Part shown: piece after piece, positions 53,713 to 64,000 of the stretch
Position numbering within the stretch: position 1 is the first letter of the stretch
Layout: every line of letters begins with the position of its first letter
IMG/VR virus record: IMGVR_UViG_2908369612_000002
Span: 76,744 to 140,743 of that record
Strand: one strand, 5' to 3'
DNA length: 64,000 nt
Source of the DNA: a virus
Lineage: Duplodnaviria; Caudoviricetes
Program-made: the position numbers and the translations under genes
Notes under the pieces: model-generated
What the model saw: the letters and a program-made list of their open reading frames with translations, nothing else
Database searches by the model: none
What the model was told of the DNA's origin: nothing

Positions 53713-54270
53713 TTAATTTATGTTCTTATAGTAAGCTTTAACATCTCTTTCAAGTTCCCAATATTTATTACCGTTTGAGCTTAAGAGCCGATCAAACCAA
53801 ATTTCAAAATTCGATTTTAAATCTTCTGCTTCATCAAAATGATCAATTGAATCTAAGTAAAATAAGTAATCTAAGTCCCCGTTTTCATACCTATTCGAGT
53901 CTATAACATAGCGCCCATCAAAATGATAGCCAATCAAAAAACACTTTTCTGGAAGGTCTTCTGTTTCATTGTATTTCAAAACATCTTCAATGCTAAGTAT
54001 TTCAATTCCATCAAGAAACTCCATTCCATTATGTAGAGCTAGGAATTCTTTATAGTCCTTCGGTAAATTTACATTGAAATGAGATTCTAATTTTCTAATT
54101 TCTTCTTCTGTTGCAGGTTCATTAAATTCAAAGGTGGCATCTTCTAACACGTAACCACCTGGTTGAATCATTGGAAAAGTACCGTACTTAGAAATAGCTT
54201 CTTTAATACCAGCAAGTGTCAAGTGAATAAGTTTGCCTTCTTCTATAAAAACCACCTCCTTCACAAACAC
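53713..54270 (-). CDS. SMI1/KNR4 protein (YokH/YobM-like)
   Basis: PATEEEI...LPKDYKEFLALHNG. Confidence 0.85.
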   Translation of the reverse strand: MFVKEVVFIEEGKLIHLTLAGIKEAISKYGTFPMIQPGGYVLEDATFEFNEPATEEEIRKLESHFNVNLPKDYKEFLALHNGMEFLDGIEILSIEDVLKYNETEDLPEKCFLIGYHFDGRYVIDSNRYENGDLDYLFYLDSIDHFDEAEDLKSNFEIWFDRLLSSNGNKYWELERDVKAYYKNIN

Positions 54271-54395
54271 GCTTCACTAAATTTTACCACACAAAAAAAC
54301 TGATGAGGCTAATTTTACAATCTTTGGTTTTATACTTATAATTAGGAAGGTTTGTCCGATATAGAGACAGAACGAACAAATATGGGGGAATTACA

Positions 54396-55376
54396 TTGAA
54401 GAAATTGTTGTTAGGTATTGGAGTTTTGTCTTTGAGCTTTTCTTTAGCTGCGTGTGGGTCTGATTCTGCTTCCACAGACAAAACAGACTCAGACAGTAGC
54501 AAGACAACTCAGCAAGAAGACAAGGGCGCAAAAGAGACAAAGACAGAAAATCAATCAAATGACAAAAGTGTTAATGACAACAAAAAAGAGTCCAAAAACA
54601 CTTCAAAGAAAGATTCGTCAGATAAAAAAACATCTGACAAGAAAAAGTTGGTCGATGTTACACTAAACAAGACAGTTGATGGGGATACAATTAAGGTCGA
54701 CTATAAAGGCAAAGTTGAAACTGTTCGTTATTTGCTCGTTGATACTCCTGAGACTAAAAAGCCAAATGCTTGTGTTCAACCTTATGGTGAAGATGCTTCA
54801 GAGAGAAATAAAGAGTTAGTCAACAGTGGAAAGTTGCAGCTCGAATTTGATGAAGGTGATCGTACAGATAAGTATGGCAGAATGCTGGCGTATGTATATG
54901 TCGATGGAAAATCTGTTCAAGAAACACTATTAAAAGAAGGATTGGCCAGAGTTGCATATGTATATGAACCAAACACGAAATACATAGACCAATTTAAAAA
55001 AGATGAACAAGAAGCAAAATCAGAAAAGCTCTCTATTTGGAGCAAGAACAGTTACGTGACTGATAAGGGATTTAACGGTTGCGTGAAAAAAGCAAGTGAA
55101 GCTAAGAAGAAAACAACTTCAAATGAATCAAATAAACAATCAAGTTCAACTCAGAATTCAGATACAAATAAATCAAGCTCTAGTTCATCAAGTAGCTCTG
55201 CTTCAAGTAGTTCAAATACTGCTCAAGCATCCCCTTCTACTTCTACAGAAGGCACTGAGAGCTTTGCAAATTGCACTGAACTAAGAAAGAAATATCCAAA
55301 TGGAGTACCAAGTTCACACCCAGCTTACCAATCAAAAATGGATAGAGATCATGACAATTTTGCATGTGAACGTTAA
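54396..55376 (+). CDS. yokF: Thermonuclease lipoprotein with Excalibur domain
   Basis: Lipobox LAAC; VDGDT, VDTPET, DKYGR; C-terminal DRDHDNFACE. Confidence 0.9.
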   Translation: MKKLLLGIGVLSLSFSLAACGSDSASTDKTDSDSSKTTQQEDKGAKETKTENQSNDKSVNDNKKESKNTSKKDSSDKKTSDKKKLVDVTLNKTVDGDTIKVDYKGKVETVRYLLVDTPETKKPNACVQPYGEDASERNKELVNSGKLQLEFDEGDRTDKYGRMLAYVYVDGKSVQETLLKEGLARVAYVYEPNTKYIDQFKKDEQEAKSEKLSIWSKNSYVTDKGFNGCVKKASEAKKKTTSNESNKQSSSTQNSDTNKSSSSSSSSSASSSSNTAQASPSTSTEGTESFANCTELRKKYPNGVPSSHPAYQSKMDRDHDNFACER

Positions 55377-55403
55377 TTGAAAGCCCTTTGTGGCTTTCTT
55401 TTT

Positions 55404-55889
55404 TTATTTCTCAGATTGTTTGTCATTGAGTAAAAATATTAGTGCCTCTTCAATTTCTTTTTCTAAGTCATTGTTATTTAAATCGAATAATGTTCCACAA
55501 CCGGTTCCTTTATATCCACCGTAGAAATACCACAAATCAATTGTAAAACAGTCCAAATCTTCATCGTAGGCTTTCACAGCTTCATAATTAATTGTTATTC
55601 GTGAACGGTATTCTTTTTCCAAACATCTATCAGTTGTTAAATCACTCAATATGTCACCATCTATGTCTCTACAAATTTGGATAGTAAGGTTTTGTTTACC
55701 CTGAATTTCAAAAACATCTGTATACTTATTTTGCAGCTTTTCGGATACTACTTCCCCTAATCTTTCTAATTCAATTATCTTTTGTTTTAATTCCAAATTT
55801 AAATTCTTTTCTGGAATCTGTAAATAACTTTCATCGATTTGACTTTGATCTTTCTGTTTTTTGAATAGCTGTCTTAAAGCTTTCCGCAC
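55404..55889 (-). CDS. Hypothetical phage protein
   Basis: RBS AGGAGG; 161 aa, convergent on yokF. Confidence 0.7.
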   Translation of the reverse strand: MRKALRQLFKKQKDQSQIDESYLQIPEKNLNLELKQKIIELERLGEVVSEKLQNKYTDVFEIQGKQNLTIQICRDIDGDILSDLTTDRCLEKEYRSRITINYEAVKAYDEDLDCFTIDLWYFYGGYKGTGCGTLFDLNNNDLEKEIEEALIFLLNDKQSEK

Positions 55890-56062
55890 AGTGTTGCCCT
55901 CCTAACAATTTAAAGCAAAACAAAAAGCCAGAAAGCTATGTGAGGGAGCTCTCTGGCGTTATAGTGGCTGTTAAACCCCTATGATACTTATATAGGATAC
56001 TTTATATTTGAGATGTATTCAAGCTGCTTTAAGGTTTAAATAAAATGGGAATTTTATATAGA

Positions 56063-56299
56063 TCAGCTCCTAATAACTATGTATATAAAACTTAATTTCT
56101 TTCTAATCACAAAAATAAAAATTTGTTGCCCAGCAATAATGAGCAGTAGAAGGATTATTACCCATACATAAATGTTCAGGCTAAGCAAGAATGTTCCGAT
56201 TGCTGGGAATAATTTTGGGAACATGGCAATTAGTATCGGTACGATTGCTCCAAAATAGTTAGAGGTCAGTAGTGAAATTGCGTTTTTAATTTGATCCAT
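56063..56299 (-). CDS. Small membrane protein
   Basis: Two hydrophobic segments; RBS AGGGGA. Confidence 0.55.
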   Translation of the reverse strand: MDQIKNAISLLTSNYFGAIVPILIAMFPKLFPAIGTFLLSLNIYVWVIILLLLIIAGQQIFIFVIRKKLSFIYIVIRS

Positions 56300-56544
56300 T
56301 TTTATTTCCCCCTATTAATTTTTTAGATTTTGTTAAAGGATAATAGCAGGTTTGACAGGGTGTAATTTTTGTCTCAAGCATTATAGATAGTTAATTACGA
56401 TATTTTAACGGAGTTTTGAAAGAACACTGTTTCATCCAAATGTTTCTTTATAGTCAATGATCCATCCCCTCTCTTATAAACTTCAATAGATAACACCCGT
56501 GACTTTTGCTAACCGCACAATTCAGCGAAGTATTCTTCTTGTTT

Positions 56545-56846
56545 TTATAAGTTGCGTATAGACTTTCCAAAACGGACACCCATTCACTGAAATTTCTACC
56601 TACACTTATATAACGGGTTCGGTACCAGTGTTTTTGCGACATCGAAATTAAAACTTTTCACAACTGATAATATGCACGTCTAATAAATGTCGCGCAAATT
56701 TCCTCCCTCATAAATAACTGCGTATAAACTTTCCGATTGGCACGCCGCCTTCATAAATAACTGCGTATAAACTTCGGGGAATGGACACTTTTCGTTGAAA
56801 TTTCTTCAGTTATAAATAGTTGCGTATGTACTTTAGAAAATGGACA
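56545..56846 (+). repeat. Array of direct repeats with core TGCGTAT...ACTT
   Basis: TGCGTAT at 56553, 56719, 56762, 56821; exact 24-mer at 56708-56731 and 56751-56774. Confidence 0.85.
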
Positions 56847-56969
56847 AAAAAATCCCCCGTCATTAAAAGACGAGGTCAGAATGATGTTAGGGTTAGAATT
56901 AATACGATTTCATTATAAACGAGTTATATTTGCCAACATGTATACCGTTCTAGCAACACTATACACTCC

Positions 56970-57373
56970 TCACCTCTTATGTTGATTTTTAGAGGCTAAG
57001 TGTTGAATTCCCTGGTCCTTAAAAACTTGACGAATATAGGGTGGAGAATAATCGTATGCTCGACTAATTTCCTTCAAACTCATTTTTTTATTAAAATGTA
57101 GATCATAAAGGAAATCAAAATCTTTCGTTCTTCTGCGCTTAGACAGCTCCTGAAATGAAAGCTTGTCCACTTTTTGAGCTTTAAATAAATCTAAAATAAT
57201 CCAATCTGAAATATTTAGTTCCTTAGAAATGTCTCCTACAGTTTTAAGCTCTTCAAAGTGCATTTTTTTGATCTCATTAAATCGCTCTAAATATTGCTGC
57301 CATACGTATTTATGCTGACGTTTAGGCTGAGGGATATCGAGTTGAGAAGTGACATAAAAGTTAAAACCTTGTT
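56970..57373 (-). CDS. Tandem-HTH-like protein; frame open up to the att junction, probably the 3' part of a gene split by integration
   Basis: Two HTH-like repeats; no SD at ATG 57263; no stop between that ATG and the junction. Confidence 0.6.
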
Positions 57374-57390
57374 CTTTACGAGCGTGTCTA
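57360..57390. other. Prophage attachment junction inside spoVK (crossover near 57373/57374)
   Basis: SpoVK similarity ends at KEAIDTLVK (recalled intact continuation HMED...); shift in base composition. Confidence 0.8.
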
Positions 57391-57934
57391 TTGCTTCTTT
57401 TCCAAAGTCTTTTTCTCCGCCTCTTGCCAGAGAATAGGCTTCATCAATAAATAAAATTCCGCCCAGTGACTTTTTGATTAAATCTCTTGTTTTTTGTGCC
57501 GTGTGGCCGATGTATTCCCCGACAAGATCCGCTCGTTCAGCCTCAATGAGGTGACCTTTCGAAAGAACATTCATTTCAAAAAAAAGTCTTCCGATAAGCC
57601 TGGCGACAGTTGTTTTTCCTGTGCCGGGATTGCCTTTAAACATCATATGCAATGCTTGTTTTCCCGCTTTTAAACCTTGTTCCGCCCGTTTTTGGTTCAC
57701 AAAGATCCAAGCGTAAATTTCTTTGATATTCCGTTTCATTTCCTCCATGCCGACCAATGTATTCATTTCTTTTTCTATTTCTTTCAGAATGCCGTGCTTG
57801 GCTTCATTTTTTTGGACAGCGGTCTGATATTCCGCCTCTGCTTCAGCATTTGTCAGCACCTGCTTTTGTCCGTTTAGAATAATGTTGATCTGTCCGTTAT
57901 TTTTATAGGTTACAGCGCGCTCCAACATTTTCAC
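57374..57934 (-). pseudogene. spoVK: 5' part of stage V sporulation AAA+ ATPase, interrupted by the prophage
   Basis: GNPGTGKT, LVGEYIGHTA, LFIDEAYSL; C-terminal part missing. Confidence 0.93.
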
Positions 57935-58190
57935 CTCTCTGTTTTCTCTTTATGTTATTCATGAATGAAGCGTTTGTGACACGCGCCTATCATGAGGGGG
58001 CATGTTTTTGACATCCGCCTGTCAAAACAACAGTTCTTTTCGGGAACGATGTTGAACCCTGCGCTTTCCCGAGAAATACTTTATTTCTTATTGTATTCAT
58101 GACGGGAGCGGGGACAAACCATATATTTTTTTATTTTCCGGGAAATAGGAGGCGCTTTTCTTATTTTTTTCGGTAAAGACATCAGTACAA

Positions 58191-58216
58191 GCACCAATCG
58201 GTTTTGTTCATATGCT
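58191..58216 (+). promoter_or_regulatory. Sigma-K-like promoter of cwlC
   Basis: GCAC...CATATGCT spacing; cwlC is a known sigma-K gene. Confidence 0.55.
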
Positions 58217-58233
58217 GTAATGAGGTGATGGGA

Positions 58234-58998
58234 ATGGTTAAAATTTTTATTGATCCGGGCCACGGGGGAACTGATCCTGGTGCAACAGGCAATGGTTTGC
58301 AGGAAAAGGCGCTGACTTTGCAAATCGCTTTAGCGTTACGCACGATTTTAACCAACGAGTATGAGAATGTTTCTTTGCGAATGAGCAGGACAAGCGACCA
58401 ATTTGTCAGCTTAGATGACCGGGCGGATGCGGCTAATAGCTGGGGCGCAGATTATTTTTTATCCATTCATATTAATGCCGGAGGCGGGACTGGCTTTGAG
58501 AGCTATGTTTATCCGGGAGTCGGATCGCCGACGACAACTTACCAGTCACATATCCATGGAGAGGTTTTGAAAGCGGCGGACTTTGCCGACAGAGGGAAAA
58601 AATCAGCAAATTTCCTTGTGTTAAGAGAGACTGCCATGCCTGCATTGCTTACAGAAAACGGTTTTATTGACACAGCGGCAGATGCCAACAAATTAAAAAC
58701 AGCCAGTTTTATTCAAAGCCTGGCAAGGGGACATGCCAATGGGTTGGCACAAGCCTTTAATCTAAAAAAAAAGCCTAGCGACAGTTTATACAAAGTCCAA
58801 ATCGGAGCCTTCAAAGTAAAAGCAAATGCAGATTCGCTCGCTTCCAGCGCAAAGGCTAAAGGTTTCAATGCGATCGTGCTTTTAAAGGACAGCCTATACA
58901 AGGTGCAAATTGGCGCTTTTTCTTCACAAAACAACGCTGATGCTCTTGTCACTAAAGCAAAAAATGCCGGCTTCGATGCGTTTATCGTACAAGAATAA
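58234..58998 (+). CDS. cwlC: Sporulation amidase with SPOR repeats
   Basis: IFIDPGHGG, SIHINAGG; two YKVQIGAF repeats; divergent from spoVK. Confidence 0.93.
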   Translation: MVKIFIDPGHGGTDPGATGNGLQEKALTLQIALALRTILTNEYENVSLRMSRTSDQFVSLDDRADAANSWGADYFLSIHINAGGGTGFESYVYPGVGSPTTTYQSHIHGEVLKAADFADRGKKSANFLVLRETAMPALLTENGFIDTAADANKLKTASFIQSLARGHANGLAQAFNLKKKPSDSLYKVQIGAFKVKANADSLASSAKAKGFNAIVLLKDSLYKVQIGAFSSQNNADALVTKAKNAGFDAFIVQE

Positions 58999-59042
58999 GC
59001 AAAAAACCCAGTCCCTCTCTCTAATGGAGGAACCGGGTTTTT

Positions 59043-59663
59043 CTATTCTAAAATATCCACGACAAACTGCGACCACGTTTCCAGCCGGCTGTAAACACTT
59101 TCTTGTTTTAACTCAGAAATGCTCATCCACTTGCCTGCAATTTGTTCCTTTTCTTTGACTTCCACATGTGCTCCTGATTTCAATTGAAGCGCTGAAAGGA
59201 TGCCGATATGCACTTTACCGACACTGTTTTCGTCATCATTGATTAAACCGAGTGTGACGATCTTCAGTTTATCTTCTCCATTGATTTGAAGTTCCTCATC
59301 CAGCTCGCGGTCAGTGTTTAGTTTTAACACTTCCGAAAATGATGCTGCCCCTTCAATGTGATTCATATGGCCGCCAAAACCAAGCGAAAGTTTATTGTGC
59401 AGACGCGCCTCTCCTCCGCCTACAAGCCGTTCATAAACAAACACTTCATCTTCGCGTGTAATGACTACGTAAGGAATCGGCTGCTTGAAGAGCGGATCTT
59501 CTTCAGCATCTCCCCTTCTCATTTCACGATAATGCGCCTCAATCTGCGCCATGATTTCAGTGATACGTTCGTCTTCACTGTTTACGCCTTGGAAGGTTAA
59601 GCTTTCTTTCTTAAACACTTCACCCCGCGGAGCAACTAAAATAACTTCATCCATTTTTCCCAT
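59043..59663 (-). CDS. ymaB: NUDIX-like protein
   Basis: KQPIPYV, LSLGFGGH; last gene of the nrdIEF operon. Confidence 0.9.
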   Translation of the reverse strand: MGKMDEVILVAPRGEVFKKESLTFQGVNSEDERITEIMAQIEAHYREMRRGDAEEDPLFKQPIPYVVITREDEVFVYERLVGGGEARLHNKLSLGFGGHMNHIEGAASFSEVLKLNTDRELDEELQINGEDKLKIVTLGLINDDENSVGKVHIGILSALQLKSGAHVEVKEKEQIAGKWMSISELKQESVYSRLETWSQFVVDILE

Positions 59664-59710
59664 TTTTCGTTTTCCTCCTGTTCACATCATCAAGCCGAAA
59701 AGAGCAGATA

Positions 59711-60697
59711 TTATATCTGCTCTTTTTCATCAAAATAAAAGTCGTCGTCTTTAATCGGCTCCACCGTAGCTTTCTTATAGCCATTCCCCTTCATCGAGAA
59801 GAAGTCATGTGATTTTGTTTTTGTGTTTAATCCGTTTAAGACGATCGGATTAATTTCTTCTTCTTCAAAGTAAGAATCAAAGCCGAGGTTCATAAGTGCT
59901 TTATTCGCGTTATAGCGGATAAACTTCTTCACATCGTGTGACAGCCCGACTTGGTCATACAGATCCTCTGTATATTCAAGTTCATTTTCATAGAGCTGTT
60001 CCAATAGTTCAATTGAGAACTCGCGCAGCTCCGCTTTTTTCTCTTCGGGCTGCTTATTGTATATTTCTTGTGCAAGGAGCCCGATGTATACGCCGTGAAT
60101 GGCTTCATCGCGCAGAATCAGGTTGATGATTTCTCCGCTCTGCATCAGTTTTCCTTGTCCGTAGAAGTATAGCGGATAATAGAACCCGCTGTAGAACAAA
60201 AAGCTTTCCAGATAAACCGACGCTACCATGGCTTTGAATAATGAAATCTCATCATCTTTTTTAATGCTTTGATAAAGGCCGACAATGATTTGAGCTTTTT
60301 TCTGCAAAAATTTATTTTGTTTAACCCATTCGAACACTTCGTTGATGGTTTCAGTAGGCGCAAGTGTCATAAAAATATTGGAATACGATTTTGCGTGCAC
60401 CGCATTCTCCATCATGGCCATAAAGTTCAGCACCGCTTTGCGCTGATGGCCCTCTACGTGGTCAGCCACGATCGGCATTCCTGTATTCCCCTGCTCGGTA
60501 TCAAGAAGAGTAAGCCCGGCGAGCACCTTCATATAAGTATCTTGTTCGTTTTTCCCAAGGTACTTCCAAGTGAGGAGATCGCCGTTTAAAGCAATCTCTT
60601 CCGGAAGCCAGAACTGCTTTACATTTTGATTATAGAACATTTGGGTAAAATCATCTTCATGCTTTGACCAGTTTGCTGCGTCATAAATTTTCGTCAC
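59711..60697 (-). CDS. nrdF: Ribonucleotide reductase class Ib beta subunit
   Basis: FWLPEEI, ENAVH, DEAIH motifs. Confidence 0.97.
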   Translation of the reverse strand: MTKIYDAANWSKHEDDFTQMFYNQNVKQFWLPEEIALNGDLLTWKYLGKNEQDTYMKVLAGLTLLDTEQGNTGMPIVADHVEGHQRKAVLNFMAMMENAVHAKSYSNIFMTLAPTETINEVFEWVKQNKFLQKKAQIIVGLYQSIKKDDEISLFKAMVASVYLESFLFYSGFYYPLYFYGQGKLMQSGEIINLILRDEAIHGVYIGLLAQEIYNKQPEEKKAELREFSIELLEQLYENELEYTEDLYDQVGLSHDVKKFIRYNANKALMNLGFDSYFEEEEINPIVLNGLNTKTKSHDFFSMKGNGYKKATVEPIKDDDFYFDEKEQI

Positions 60698-60714
60698 TAT
60701 AAACTCTCCTTTAA

Positions 60715-63172
<2,458 letters not shown>

Positions 63173-63213
63173 TTATCACGACCTATTACAAATTATGAAT
63201 CTCTTATCTCCTA

Positions 63214-63262
63214 ACACTATATATAGTATACTATCACATCCGAAAAACACAATATATAGATT
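63214..63262. promoter_or_regulatory. Tandem NrdR boxes
   Basis: ACACTATATATAGTAT at 63214 and ACACAATATATAGATT at 63247. Confidence 0.85.
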
Positions 63263-63436
63263 CACTTTTATAAAAAGTTCATATTTTCTCTATTCAAGAC
63301 CTTTGCCCGGCTCCTTATGCGCCCAAAAAAGAGAGCAGAACGAGAATCGTCTCTCGTCCTACTCGAAAGGGTCATTTTTAAGCCGATGTATATCATAACA
63401 CGAAAAAAAACTGCTTAGTAGTCTAGATTTTTTTTC

Positions 63437-63649
63437 TTATTTTTTGTAAGAATCGCAACATTCGCTTTCAACGGTTTCTTCAATTTCTGCGTCAGCGCCG
63501 ATTTCTTCTAAGACTGCTTTCAGGGCGCTCGCAATGGATGCTTCTCTGATCAGTTCTTTGCCGTTTACAATGATGCTTGTGCCATATTCATAACAGGAAT
63601 CATCCTCACAGGTTTCTTCCCAATGATTGATAATAACCTTGTGTTTCAT
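63437..63649 (-). CDS. ymzA: Conserved small protein
   Basis: Synteny upstream of nrdI. Confidence 0.75.
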   Translation of the reverse strand: MKHKVIINHWEETCEDDSCYEYGTSIIVNGKELIREASIASALKAVLEEIGADAEIEETVESECCDSYKK

Positions 63650-63730
63650 ATTCTCACCCTCTGCATGATCTATGTCAGTACTTAGTTTAGCGGCATCGGT
63701 CCGCTTTGTAAATTCGAATGCTTGTGAAAA

Positions 63731-64000
63731 TTATTCAAGCTCATCGGATAGCCATTCTTTTTTAAGTGTTACCTCGTTCTTTGATTCATCATACTTATAT
63801 ATTTTGACCGTTCCGTCCTCGTAAACGCCAAAATGATTATGGTCCAGCGGAAATGAGCTTGTTTGCGGGATTTCATAATCACTATGGTCGGTATCGACCA
63901 CAGTTTCTTGATTTCCGCAGCTTCCGAAAAATAAAAATACAGCAATAAACACAAGCGCAATTCTGATTCTTCTCAGTTCTGTTTCACTTTCCGTCAACAT
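63731..64000 (-). CDS. ymzC: YmzC-like lipoprotein
   Basis: Synteny; TM segment and Cys. Confidence 0.75.
   Translation of the reverse strand: MLTESETELRRIRIALVFIAVFLFFGSCGNQETVVDTDHSDYEIPQTSSFPLDHNHFGVYEDGTVKIYKYDESKNEVTLKKEWLSDELE

Overview
Positions 1 to about 57,373 are the right-hand half of an SPbeta-like (Spbetavirus-type) prophage in a Bacillus subtilis-group chromosome. In order it holds: the single-subunit phage RNA polymerase YonO, split by a group I intron carrying a GIY-YIG endonuclease; phage HU; a 1.5-kb highly structured non-coding region that starts with a tRNA-like element; the late operon (terminase, portal, capsid, tail, tape measure with a second ORF-less group I intron, tailspike, lysis); and an accessory arm (Rap-Phr, uvrX/yolD, type I TA, LXG toxin with SMI1 immunity genes, YokF nuclease). 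The prophage sits inside the sporulation gene spoVK, and the junction also appears to split a phage gene. From 57,374 the sequence is host DNA: spoVK 5' part, cwlC, ymaB, nrdF-nrdE-nrdI, ymzA, ymzC. Four phage genes carry single-base homopolymer deletions, probably assembly errors. Gene symbols come from recalled similarity and synteny with SPbeta and B. subtilis 168, not from database searches.
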